From NCBI GenBank assembly GCA_965649765.1, contig OZ287756.1, positions 30,566,001-30,630,000 of the forward strand: a stretch of 64,000 bases of DNA. Reading direction: 5' to 3'. Each line of letters starts with the position of its first letter. The first letter of the stretch is position 1. Positions 1 to 12,741 of the stretch are shown piece by piece. Both the position numbers and the translations under genes were made by a program. This DNA comes from Bispira polyomma. Taxonomy: Eukaryota. A model generated the notes under the pieces. It was not told where the DNA came from. It made no database searches and saw nothing but the letters and a program-made list of their open reading frames with translations.

Positions 1-8
1 ACCTGTTA

Positions 9-704
9 TTAACGTCTTAAGAGATCTAGTATTAATTTTTCCATGAGATCGGTCCAGTCAGAGGCAAAAGAAGATTTTGAGAGACATGATGGCCTGTAAA
101 CCGTCAAAAGGCAAAAGGAAAAAGAACCATGAGTAATTTTTAGGTAGATGGATTCGAATGAGGCAAAATTAGGAAGATTGATTTCAGTGACATTGAAAAT
201 CTTTTTCACAAAAACACCAACTCCACCGCCTTTCCTGTATAAACGGGGCTTTTGAAAGAAATTGTATGCAATGGGGGTAATACTAGCCAGAAAAGAGTCT
301 GTATCATTTTTTCCAATCCATGTTTCAGTGATACCTGCTATGTCAAGCTTGTTGCTGAATATACTGTCCACAACCGAGGGGCCCTTATTCCTGATGGACC
401 TGGCATTAAAGGCGCCAATTTTCAAGGAATTTTTTGTAATGCATTTAGGCCCAGGATTTACCTGGATGTCACCAGACAGGGACAGTAACAGAAACGACCA
501 GAAAGAAAAAACATAACATGTGGAGCTTTGTTTGAAAAAAAAAGAATTTTTCCTCTGGCAGAGAATGGCAACATGCACTTTGTCAAGAGAGTAAATTAAT
601 GAGGGTTGTATCCAGGGTTCGTGTGGTGACGGCGATTCATATTCGGCCATGACAGATCTGATACAGACAAGGACTATTGCACAAAAAACGTGTAGTAGGT
701 GCAT
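9..704 (-). pseudogene. LINE ORF2 N-terminus: hydrophobic leader, 2A-like motif, APE endonuclease; frameshifted near the window edge
   Basis: Motifs FNARSIRNK, DIAGITETW, RKGGGVGVFV, FESIYLKI, TVYRPS. Another frame at bases 1-15 reads TLITG, the expected start of the (I/V)TGDFN motif, implying a frameshift. Confidence 0.85.
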
Positions 705-865
705 AGTTTGAACAAATACACAAGAAGTGATACACCAAAAAAAGATTATAAAAACCAGATTCAGGAAACAACTCTAAAGCACTGTATTTTGATATTTCTA
801 TGTATAGTTAATTTACTAGAAATAGAATTCAAGAAAAAGTTTAGAAAATTCAAACCCAACACTGC

Positions 866-1085
866 ACTCCCGACCAAGCAGAGTGGATGCCAGTACAGCC
901 CAAAGAAAAATAAAAAAGAACAGTAAAAGAGTTCTGTAGAACAACTGAAAATAAGAAACGTAATTCAAACACAACACAGAACTCCCGACTAAGCAGAGTG
1001 GATGCCAGTATAGCCCTAAAAGAAAACAATAAAATAATTCACATTCAGCACTCCCGACTAAGCAGAGTGGACGCCAGTATAGTCC
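866..1085 (-). repeat. Three ~36-bp direct repeats in the LINE 5' leader
   Basis: actcccgacYaagcagagtggaYgccagtaYagYcc at ~866-901, ~981-1016 and ~1050-1085. Confidence 0.9.
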
Positions 1086-1605
1086 AAAAATAAAAGAAAA
1101 ATTCACAGGAATATATTAAATATGGAAATGATCACTAGCACTCCCGATACAAAGGTCCGTATATATAAGGCAATAAAAATGACTCTAGTTTTTAACAGTG
1201 ACAGACAGCTAAAACAGCACAAGGGTACGAGTGTAAATGGCTATAATGACAAAGAAGTGATCAGTGTATATAAGGCAGTAAAAATGACTATAATGATTTC
1301 TAAAGCTGTAAAAATTCACAGGAATATATAAAAAGTAAACAGAGTAAACAACATACCACTCCGGCCAAATGGGGTGGGCGACAATATAATTATTTTAACA
1401 GTAAAAGTTCAAAGGGACAAAAAAAAACACAAAAGGGTGAACAAAATGCGATACACAGAAGAAGTGATCAATAACACCACTTCATATTTTACTTACAGGG
1501 GAAAAAACAGTAAAAGCAGTCGTTTTTATAGCTATTTTATAAAGTTTTACCAGAATTTTACGAGAAAACACATCTGTTGGTGGCCACGACTAAACCTGAT
1601 GACTA

Positions 1606-1762
1606 CTCTCCCATCGATGCCTATGTGGGAAAGGTGGTAGTTCCTTACTGTGGGCCGCTGGTTTCTTTGCAGAACCTTGACCGACTGTATGCATTGTTTC
1701 CTCCAGCGTTTCCAACTACCCGTCCCAATATAACCTACTAAAAGGTACTAGAGGGGACGTAT
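1606..1762 (+). mobile_element. Headless tRNA-derived SINE fragment (same family as 10724-10976)
   Basis: Reverse complement of the body of 10724-10976 (cccatcgatgcctatgtg...gtagttccttactgtgggccgctggtttc...cccgtcccaatataaccta). Confidence 0.8.
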
Positions 1763-1806
1763 CTAAAGTATGATGTTTGTCTCGTAATTGAAATAGTCGC
1801 ATAAAT

Positions 1807-1809
<3 letters not shown>

Positions 1810-1855
<46 letters not shown>
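1810..1855. repeat. (TA)n microsatellite
   Basis: Uninterrupted TA run. Confidence 0.95.
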
Positions 1856-1858
<3 letters not shown>

Positions 1859-1994
1859 CTGTGTATCACTACATGTGACACGTGTATGACTTTATATTTA
1901 TATCAATCTTTATCTTTTGTCATTAAAAAATCCTCAAGTGATGGTCTGCTCACTATTTATCATTTATAAATATCTCACTAAATTCCTATCCTTT

Positions 1995-2260
1995 TTTTCC
2001 TCTGCCAATGAGGTTCCGTTTTTGGCCAGGTTTTTTGTTTGATTGATTTGTTTAGTTATTTATTTGTTGCAATGATTATACAAAAAAATACTGAACTACT
2101 TTACATGAAATTTGGTGGCTGGATGAGGCATGAGCTGAGGAAGAAGCCATTTTTGGAAAGGATCCTGGTAGAAGGTGGCATACAAGATTAGTTTGTTGAC
2201 ATTTTTTAGCACTGTGCCACTTTGACAAAGGTGTGCACTCTACAGAATGTCTTTCTGCTG
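1995..2260 (+). mobile_element. Degenerate HINE/DINE-1-like (Helentron-associated) element; relatives at ~5185-5325 (-), 15125-15380, ~19885-20010 (-), 44335-44440, 54730-55205, 63605-63685
   Basis: cctctgccaa-gaggtt start, tttg-rich tract, atgaaatttggtgg, ggatcc core and a ...aaaggtgtgcactct 3' end, matching the widespread acctccgccaagg...ccttggcggaggt architecture. Confidence 0.55.
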
Positions 2261-2639
2261 GTTAATTTAAGTGATCTGCCCCTTTATCTGGATTTTACTG
2301 CAATATAGGAACAAGGAGAATTATTTATCTAGCATTAGTGGATATATCGCCAAGGACGCCATATAATTTGCCCAGACAGCACCCAGAATACCACGAACGT
2401 CTTCTTGCAGGACATCACAAGGGAATGATATGCATTATTCATGTATAGGTACATTTAGTGTCCTAATATCTAGCCTGTGGATTTTCAAACCACAAAAGAC
2501 TGGCAAGTGAGACTGAGAGAAAATGGAACACACTTAATGTATTAGATTACCATGAAAATTTGAAGATACAGAACCTATCTTCTTCAATATTAGAAACTCA
2601 TCTGAAATTTAGACTGACATCCCACTATAGAGACATCGC

Positions 2640-2985
2640 CTAATAGTATGCATGCACCTTTCACTCTAACCGAAATTGTCTTTCCAGCTTTTGACGTCTT
2701 ATCTGAAAAAACTAGCCGGTTTAAATTCCGATAAAGTTGCAGCACTTGCTGAATGGAATTGTCTCCCTGCCAGTCTTTGAGCTGAGACAAGATAACAAGA
2801 ACAAACTCAAAACACATCTGTATCAACTCACTTTTCCCCCTAATATTAGTTTGTTGGTTATAACTAACCTCTGATTATGAACCTTTCAGTCTATCAGACT
2901 GTTCTTTTTGCATACTGACTGGGATGTGCACCACAGAGGATGCATGGTTATCGATTGTGGCACTATAGAAGTAAAGCATTAACAT
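2640..2985 (+). mobile_element. Degenerate L2/CR1 LINE 3' end (paralog ~15770-15960)
   Basis: Translates to AALAEWNCLPASL...KLKTHLY, resembling the L2 C-terminal LWNSLP...LKTHLF motif. Confidence 0.6.
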
Positions 2986-5900
2986 AACATAAACTGAAAT
3001 ACACAAATCAGAGTTACATTGTGTATGTTAAGGAAATATGCATGTTGTGATTGAGTGTTTTGAGAATTTTGGACATGGGAAAGAGTTCAAGCTTAACAAC
3101 CGTTTGGTGTTTTATAGTCATATGCAGCATCCTTCCTTTTCAGAATTTTTATAACTAATCCTTGGTTTATCAATCTTGAACAATACAATATCATCGGACT
3201 TACTATTAGTTTTACAGCTATGGAAAACAATCAATTGTTATGAATCGCATTTTGATTTTTTTGAGCTATAGTTCAATATCTAATGTTTGATACCATTAAC
3301 ATATCCGATGCTGATGTGTTTTTTTTTTTCGGTGACAAAAAGTGACACTTGCATTCTTTGTGTGACAGATGATCAGGATGTAATCAAATAACAGAAATCT
3401 ATACAAGAGTTTCGCCCTCAAAATACCTGGTTCATTGGGTGCATAAAACTTTTAATGTCAGAATTTGGGGATTTCTGCATATATTCTATTCTCTGAACTG
3501 AATTTATTTTTCTTTAATTTTTTCATCCCAACAAAACTAAAACATGTCCACTGGTAAGTGCTAAAATACATATTTAAACTTGTTTTAACCTTACTAACCT
3601 ATATGTAGAAAATTGTCCTGTTTGAAGGCATTTTAAATCAATAAACTAAATTAACCACAATTTCAAGTGGTAATATGTGAAGGTTTGTATAATGTTACAT
3701 TGTCGGGTCAATACATGGGACCTAGTCGAATAGCACTCTTTGTACTAACTGGTCCCAAAATGGGTAAGAATCCAATTAAATGCTGTGTGGGTGAAGACTT
3801 ACTGTAAGTACAGCCGACAGGTTGATAGCCATTTCAATTGAAGTGAAGTAAAGATACTTCTTTTAAGCAGCGTACATTTTTCTGGTAACCTCAAAGCTCT
3901 CACAGATGCAGTTACGATAGAACTTCTTTAAATAATAAAGGTTGATTTATATACCATTTTATACCAAATTTATGACAACATGCTTTGTTTATCATTACTT
4001 ATAAAACCATTAACTACATTGTCTCATGAAGGTATGATTTTATCAGTTTTGACACGTATTACAAACCTCTACACACTGGTATAAAAGAGCATCAAATTAT
4101 GTCATGTTTCTGTATAAATCTGTTTGCCATCATGTGACATGGCCACCATATAAGTACTAGGCAATTGAGTCAATATATGTGGTCTCTTATGGGCCTAGTG
4201 ATTAAGGAGTTTGTCTGGTGATCAAGTTGGTCCCCTGTTGAACTCCCGTCTGGGTAGTTGTTCAGGTTATGAGAAGGACTCCTTGTTACTCCATAATGGT
4301 CACTTCAAACACTCATGTTTTAATTAAAGACCACAAATTTCTTTTGTTTAAAGTACAACAATACTTACATATGTTCTATAGGTCCATAGTCCATTGGTAA
4401 TCATTTTGGTAGGAGATACAATGTGATGGGTACATAAATACACAATATATATATATATATATATAGTATATATATATATAGTATAGATTTTATTCATATC
4501 AAATAACTGCCCCCCCCCCCCCCACAAATGTTAAGATCATACAATTGTTGCTATTTTTCATGTGATGTCTGATATTTACTGCTGTATTTGCCATCAACAT
4601 TTTGTTTTTGTTAAAGCCTGGAACTTGCCTGACATGAACTAATCAAAGCATAGCCAGTATTGACGTGTGTAAGGGGGGCCTTTAAAAGACAGTTTACGGC
4701 CCATAGACTTCCATTAATCAGGCGTCTCTAAGGAAGACAATCATTTATGGACTTAGACAATAGACCAAGCTGTCTGTTGTCTTGCGATATGGGGGACAAA
4801 TCTAACATTCCTCACACATGATCAGTCTTTCTAATGTCAAGCTACAGAAAAAAACATCAAATATCTAAGCATTGCGATATATAATCCTTTTGGTTGAGGC
4901 CTATCAAGATGGAATTATGCTTTAAACATAACGTCAGTGTCTTTGTTACAAAGAAAACTGCCAGGATCATCCATCATTCTGTGTTAAAAGTAATATTTAG
5001 TTCATACAACTACATGGGATACAAAATTTTAAAGGTCTGTGCTTTTACTACTGACGTAGACTGCTTAAAGTAGACCATCTGATAGCATATGAAAAGTAGA
5101 CTTAAATGACATATTTGACTAAAATATCCATTACCTGGTAGTTATTTTATGTATACGGTAAACACTTATTACAATAAACATCATGTAGCTTTTTCCAGAT
5201 CTGCACCAATATTTAATGGTTTCTTCACTAGTCCGTGCCTTGGCCTGCTTCCAAAATTGATCAAGATCACAAAATGTCTTCTGCTATCCTGCTAACACAA
5301 ATAGAAATGTCACCTCCTTCATGAGAGCACATATTGCTTGGAGAACTATAGTAAGCTTTCGCAACCATATAATTGTGACGAAATTACCAAAAATTACGCC
5401 AGAAAAAATACATCTATTGAATGATTGTTGATGACAGTTAAGGATCCGAAAAGTAGTGAGCGTCTAAATACCTGTTACCAGGTACCTATTGTCTATGTAA
5501 GCTCATTTTACATCTTAAGGTGACAAATATGATAAATATAGAACTACATGCTCTATTACTCCTGTTACATAGTGGGCCTGTATTTATCCCTTAAATAGTT
5601 TCTCATTTTGGCCTGATGGTTCTGAGGTAGGAACAAATTAGTACCAAATTATGTGGTGGATTTAGGTATCAAAGTACGTCCCAGTGACAGAACAAAAATG
5701 TCTTTGAGTAGTGGTAACTTTGCAATTAACACAAAGACTAACTGTAGACAGTTAAATAAGAAAAACATTATTAAGCTTAGGACTAATTTATGAATAAGAC
5801 CTTTTGTAAAGACCATCCCAGTAATATTACATAGTTCTGTAGTATGACATAGAATATCACAGAATTGTATTTGGATAGCTCTGTCCTGTATCACATGGAT

Positions 5901-7759
5901 CAAAGAACAGAGGTTTGCTCCAAGGCCATTACATTAAATATAAAGAAGAATCAATTACCTTGTGATTACCTGTCGGAAATCTTCTGTAAATTTTTCATAA
6001 TATCTGTAAATACAAATATACTATATTTTTATATATTTATGCACATGAACTATAGTGTTTCATTTGTCAACTATAGATTTATACCAACAAAGTTATGTTG
6101 TATATTGCTATGTATCACTGAATTACAGCATTGGATTATATTATTGTAACGTATTTATCTATATTAAAATGACATATTTTATTAAGCTAATATTTGTTTG
6201 ATTACTAACTACTGGACAAACCAAAGTTAAAAAAACAATTAAGGCAATATTTTTTTGTAAAACGAATTAATGGGTTCTCCTTTAGTAATCCAGTTAGGAC
6301 ATTACAGGTATCAGTCTGGAAGTATTTATGAGAAAGAAAAAAAAAACATTTAGTTGCTTTAAAGAGGATTAAACTCCCAAAGGCTCAAAGGGGCAACTTT
6401 GTGACACTGTCAATATTGTCAGCTGAGATTACAAAACAAATTACTTCCTTTTTTTTCTTATTTCACTGAGAATAATGTCCTTCTATATGAAATTGGGATA
6501 TTGATATGTTGGTATTGTAAGCTGTAACCTCTTTGGCAAGAGAAAACTTGAAGTATGAACCATTTTACCCGATTCTTCTGACAATTAGAAATAGACTATT
6601 TGTATTGCTTAAATAATTACCTTGGGATCTTAAAAAGACAATGGTATTTATTTCCATGGGGAATCTGTTCTTTCTTCACAGAAGTAAACAAGTTTATGCA
6701 AAAGCTCTGTTTAATGTGTTAATGTCCTAAAACACTTAGTCCTAGGAGTGTAGTAATGATGACTATTTGCCATATTATTAAAATGACAGACCAGGGTTGG
6801 TATTCACAAAGATTCTTATTGTTTAAGTTTGTCTCTGAATGAATTTGGCTAATGAGTTTGGCTAAAACATTGATTCTCTTGCATGGCCATTTACCTAAAT
6901 TAAACTTGGTAGCATTAAAATTAATGAGGTTGCTGCTTAAGAAAATAATGTTGATCAGTAGTACAATTATTTGATTAAAGAAAACATCTGATAACTAAAT
7001 CTGTAAAATTAAATGCTGAACTCATTCCTCTGAAAATAGGATTAAACCAACAAGAGAAGCCTTATTAATTTTATACTTTAGGCCACCACATTTTGTTTTT
7101 GTTTTAGATGTTATCAAGTCTTAGCTAACTAAAGTCAGTCAAGGTTTGATTGGCATATTCAACAAACGTGTTGGATGTTCAGATTGCATTTGCTTTATAT
7201 ACTGAAAACTAAAGTTTATTTATAAGTTTAATATCTGAGAGCTTACATTTCAAAGATTCCTTCTACAGACATATTTATTTCAATGGATAAGAGGATTACT
7301 TAGATGATTATACATTAATTATCAAGCTGTTGCCTACAGATAGATGAACATAGTTAGTTAGCTTCGGAAAAGGTAATCACTTAGTAGAGCTTTTTTGGAA
7401 TATGTCCCCGAAGCTCTAACGTGTATTTTGCATACTAATAACAGGTGGGGCGTATAGCAAAAGCGTAAACCTGCACAGCTGGGTGTGACCTGAGAAAATG
7501 TTCCAGCTGGTATAAAAATGCACACACAGAAATATCTTGATAATCTGCTATGATTATGACCAATGTGTATGAGATAATATTGCCACATTAACTACTTAAC
7601 AAGAGATTGCATCAGTACAAAATATTGTTAGTCATAGTAGTTGTAACTATCCTATTTTCTAGAAATGTCTTTCTTTTTGTGAACCCATTCTTGTATCCAG
7701 TGTAATCCCAAAATAATATTTATTACTACAAATAGCGAGAAGATTTTTTTAAAACATTT

Positions 7760-7976
7760 TGTTGGGTTTTACGTCAATTTTAACAGTTTTTAACAGTCAA
7801 TTTTGCAACAATTAGATTTAACGGTGGAAGAAACCAATGCTGAGGAAACTGTAAACCATAAGCCTACCTGACATACTTTGCTACTTGAAGGAAAGAAACA
7901 GGATCTGAACCCACATTGACGAGACGCAACTGATTGTGAAGATACAGCTTTTCATTGCTAGGCCATCATGGCCCCT
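7760..7976 (-). mobile_element. tRNA-derived SINE with Nin-domain-like core; paralog ~23560-23779, other copies ~52255-52430 (+), ~53730-53870 (-), ~58712-58900 (+), ~59735-59885 (-)
   Basis: Head reads ggggccatgatggcctag on the minus strand; B-box gggttcgaatcc in the 52277 copy; shared core ggtggaagaaacc...ctgacaaactttc. Confidence 0.7.
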
Positions 7977-8330
7977 ATAGCTGAAGGGGTAACCCTATAG
8001 CTGAAGGGTAATAGCCAAGACAATAAATCTTCAAAGGGGTTTTTCTTTGTACATCCGTACAGTTGATGTTGCTATAAAAAATGTTTTTACTTGAGACAGT
8101 AAATTGTATAATAGCTTATAATGTCTTACCATATCATTAATATTATTTCCACCTCATTTAAGCCCCAACTGGTACATTTAATATATATAATCTGCAGAAA
8201 CATATTTTTCACCGATTGGTTTTTATTGTGCCCTTTCGGACAAAATGCCAATTAAGGTAAGAATCATATTTACATTGGAGTAGGACTGAACTAATACTGG
8301 ATTTAAATAACTGATCACACAGGAACCTCA

Positions 8331-8365
8331 TTTGTGGGAATACCCCAGCTGATAAATCTCTGTTA
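8331..8365 (+). promoter_or_regulatory. Candidate enhancer block: CSL/Su(H) site + E-box + GATA, conserved in three paralogs
   Basis: TGTGGGAA-5nt-CAGCTGATAA here and at ~24122; TGTGAGAA-5nt-CAGCTGATAA at 28341. Confidence 0.35.
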
Positions 8366-10723
8366 TGGCTATATTATCCTTTAGTAAAGCACTTATTGAG
8401 AGACGATGGTATGGCTGTATGTACTGTATCTACAGGGTGTTAATTCATCACAAAATTCCCTGATAAAAGCTGTAAATTTATTTTTATGTTAGATAGTTAC
8501 TGCTTTTGCAGATTGCCACTCTTGTCTCAAAGACAGCTGGTAAATTAATGAATATTAGCAATATTTTAGCTATGGACAATTTTTTAAATATATATTTTTC
8601 ATTTTACAAGAAAAAATAGATCATTGCCAATTAAATTTCATTTTTTGTATAATACTCATATAGTTTATAAATGAAACACAATCTGTACCACTGGAGTCTT
8701 AAACCTCAGAAATATGTAAAACACAAAATCATGTGAAGCATAGGTAATGAAAGACATGCCAACATGTTGTTTTGCCACTTATGTTTGTGATTTATTGCTA
8801 CTTCTGTTTGATTCTATTATCAGTAGCCCCTTACTTAGCCTACTTCTTGCTGTATCATCCTTTTAAGTTGCTACTTATTCAACAAACCATTTGTTCAAAA
8901 GTTGGTCTTAACAGAAACCATATTTTTTGTTTGTTCCAACTTAACAATTAACATTTATTTTATTGACCTTAGGTCCATTAGTATAGGGATTAAATGCCAC
9001 TAAGGAATAACATTGAATTAAATTAGAATTTATTTACCATTCTTAAAAACAGAAATCCTGGCCAGAAAGTATTTTTTCATTTGCACTAACTGGTTCTTCA
9101 CAATAGAAAGTGTACCAAATTGAATTTGGGTTTCACACTTACTTTCAATAGCTCATATCACAAGAAATCAGTGCTGCAGCATTGTAAACTACCGACCTAC
9201 CTATGGCAATTACAACTGTCCCACATGAATATCTTTTCCAAATATACACAACCTAATTGTAGTTCACCTTGCTAACGAAAGCCTAAGCACGTTTTTGTTC
9301 TCTTTGATTGTAATTAAGGATACCAACCAAGACATGATGTACCTGCACAGAAAGTCAAATTCTTTAAAAACCAAATTAGCACTGTGGCAGAATCCCAATG
9401 GCCACTTAGCTGTCACTTAAGCTTCCACTAATGGAATATTTCCATTGTTTTAGTCTTTCTAAACAACATATTGTAAGAGTTTCAGTAGAAGAAGTTTTCT
9501 TGAGATCCACTTGACAGTCACCTTTCAGAAAATTTACGATGTCACCTACTTTATAATATCAGTAAAATTTGTCATCCAAACGGCATGTGTATACTGCCAT
9601 TTACAGCATCGTTTCGTTGTGATCCAAATGTTTACAAAAATTAAGTTTTCAAAAAGTTAAGTTAAAAAAATTATTGTAATGAGATTCCATCATTCTTGCA
9701 TGAGATGTAACTAATCACACTATATTTGGTAAAAAAATGTATTACACAAGTTATTTCTATTAAACTTAATATAAGAATTTTTTCGTTCAGTTAGCATAAA
9801 GTTATTTAGCAATATCTTATTTCTTTACCACAATATTTTTGGGCAGTTCTCTATTCAAGTCTAAAGCATTGTGTGTCAAAACTAGAAGTTGCATGTTATT
9901 GCTTGAACACCAGTGTGCAACAGGAATTATTTATAGAAGTTATTGTAAATTAAGTCCAGGAAGAAGAAATCGTCCTAGAATAATAAAGTGGCCAGGTTAC
10001 CGTTCAAAACCTCTTTACAGGCCTCCAGGGTATGCTCCTAAATTATTAATGGGACAAGACCAAATGCCAACTGTCTAGGCCAAACATTGCAACATGTAAA
10101 TTTGTGACACTAGAGACAGGCAAAAAACATGGAGTTGATTACTTCCTTAAATAGGAATTGTAAGAAAAAAGGAGATCAAACTAGTTTATGTGAGTGCTGT
10201 TAGGGCAATGTAATGGAAAACGTTGGTTTGTACCTTTATTTATTTGTTAAAGATGTGGATTTGTCATTAACTCTCCAAACTACTGATGTTAAAATTCTGT
10301 CTCCGTTGGTTAGTAAAGTGAAGTAAACTTTGTAAACATTTGTTTTTGCACAATAGACCCACTACTTTATCCAGACATTTTGGGGGTGTACTAAAGAAAC
10401 TATATTTTGCTAGGGGCAAAAATTATGCAGTAACTGCTCATGTTAGTTGACCCTACTTTGTCATCTTAAAGTTATTTGTGTAGTTAGTTAAAAAAAATTA
10501 CATTTTAGAATTTATTTTAAATATTATAATGATTTGTTTGAAATAATAACTGTTAAGTTGTGTTTTCCAACTTCATTCCATTGCTTTCTAAAGGCTGAAC
10601 TAATAGATAAGAAAATATCAGTAGATGGGGTTAAGTGAAGCCTTTTTCCAGGAATCCTCATCAAAGTGCTGCTGTTAGACTTCATTGAGACAAACACCTA
10701 TTGTAGAGAGAATATGTTAAGAC

Positions 10724-10976
10724 TTTTGAATTGAAGTTGGATTTAACGTCCACTCTAGTACCTGTTTAGGTTATATTGGGACGGGAGATAGAAAAGCTGG
10801 AGGAAACACTGCATACAGTTGATCAAGGTTCTGCACTGAAACCAGCGGCCCACAGTAAGGAACTACAACCTTTCTCACATAGGCATCGATGGGATTTAAA
10901 GTCACGCTGCCCGGAGGTGAGAGACCAGTAATTGTGAAGCGCAATGCTTGCTAACCACTAGGCCACAGCGGCCCCT
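10724..10976 (-). mobile_element. Full-length tRNA-derived SINE with 15-bp target-site duplication
   Basis: TSD agaatatgttaagac at 10709-10723 and 10977-10991. Minus-strand head ggggccgctgtggcctagtggttag (A box), degenerate B box gactttaaatcc, ttcaa-type tail. Confidence 0.9.
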
Positions 10977-12741
10977 AGAATATGTTAAGACCAAATGTGG
11001 GTTATCAATAAGTTGAGAGGGTTTCTCTACTATTTTATGTTTTCATGGACTATATTGTTAATTACATATTAAATTTTTGGATCAGCAATGTTAGATAATG
11101 ATATAGAGAGTAAATGAATATTTATACTATTACAATAGATTGACTGTGGGGTACAATAACACATTAGATTACACACTGACTGAAACACTTCCCACACTGG
11201 CTTTTTCCACAATAAATCTGTCTCAAATAAGAGGGTGATTATAAACAATCAGCTCAATAGTCTGGGTTTATATCCACACTGTGACATTAAAATCCTTATA
11301 AGAAAACAAACAACAGCTTGAGCTAAAAATACCTTTCTTTTTCCTATAGCAAAAACATAACAACAGAGATGTATATATTTTACTGATGTATCTTACTGAA
11401 AATGTTCGGGATGGTGTTAAATAACCTGTGCAGTATAGCAGACATGATACTAAACCTTTGACAACTGTCATTGTAATTCAAATTGTATTCAGCATAATCA
11501 TATCTACTGCCTTAGATATAGATATGGATTTCGCATATGAGGTTGTCACTTACAATTGTGTAAATGAAAGAAGCTATAAGTCTACTGCCTCTTCACTGGA
11601 AAAAAACTGTTTACCAAGTGACACAGTAGTTAAATTGTTTTATCATCTCTATCTAAAACGAAAGCTCAACTCAAGTTCAACTCAGGCTCAAAGCTAAGAT
11701 ATCTCAACATCTGGCTAGATGTCCTAAATGGTTACAAGTATAGGTTATTTCCCTGTACATACACTTCCACATAACCTTTATTGAGTTGGCCTTGAGTTTC
11801 TTTGGATAATATGAGCCCTAGTCTGCTAATTTCAGACTGTATTGTGTTGTTCTGAGGCTTTCCTTTTCCTCACACTTCCTGACATTGATATCAAATCACA
11901 TGCAGTGGCATTCGCCTTGTGTACAGTGTCACTTCCATGACCTTGCCAGCCATTAAATCATATTTACACAATTGAATTGGTGCTGTAGTCAGACAATGGT
12001 GCCTCTTTAGTGTTGCTATTAACAGCTTGACTAAAAATAATGAACACTAATAAAATGGTGGTAATGATGGAGTAGTACCTTTGTTATGCGAATATAACAC
12101 ACGGTGGGAAACCAATCAGAATCGCCGACACCACTGTGTCATGTTAAAATGATTAATTTGTCGCACATTTAATTTCAATATATATTTTCAGCTGTAGGTG
12201 AATAGTTTTGGGTTTGGTTCATTTGTTAGCTGCTTATTCCTAACTTAAATATCGCAATAAAGGTCAAATTATGGCCTAACTTAGATTCCAAATATATAAA
12301 TTTTAGAGATCACTGTTGGTGATCTTAATCTAAGTTAAGATCATCAAAAGGTGACTTAGTAGTACATACTAAGGTTTAGGGTATTAGGTTACCAGTTAAA
12401 TAAAATCCAATTTTCTAAGTCAAGTCAATCACTCCACTCACCTTGGACTTGGAAAAGCACTGACACAACTTCACCCACATTTTAATAATACATTCCTAAC
12501 CAAGGATTTTTGTTTTGTGTGAAGACAGCCCATCTTGTAAAATGTACAAAGTAGAAACCAACACACCAATTACTGTGGTTTTCGCAGGACCATACTTTTG
12601 TGACATATTATTGTAGAAACAAGCAATAAAAAAATTCTTTGAAGATTAGGAAGCAAATGAGCTGATAAAATAGTATTTACCTATTTTTAGGCCACATCCC
12701 ACAAAAAAGTCAACATTAAAACGCAAATGGTTCTCCTTGGT

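Larger units (their letters stand above)
1..1590 (-). mobile_element. 5' portion of a CR1/L2-group non-LTR retrotransposon (LINE), continuing off the left edge
   Basis: Minus-strand APE endonuclease ORF (9-704) preceded by a T-rich leader with three ~36-bp repeats; the 5' boundary is approximate. Confidence 0.8.
1860..9700 (+). repeat. Segmental duplication family A, copy 1
   Basis: Collinear with ~15000-25350, e.g. 2275 vs 15395, 3732 vs 16762, 4130 vs 17165, 4710 vs 17755, 6370 vs 22250, 8320 vs 24110, 9480 vs 25180. Boundaries approximate. Confidence 0.9.

Noticed and set aside
4135-4195. Conserved imperfect hairpin as a miRNA precursor
   Set aside because: Pairing is short and bulged, with no match to a miRNA family I recognise; needs small-RNA data.
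8323-8443. Possible coding exon NLICGNTPADKSLLWLY...GC*, open in A copies 1 and 2
   Set aside because: About 6 synonymous vs about 10 replacement changes (near neutral), weak acceptor tract, and copy 3 diverges. The regulatory reading fits better.
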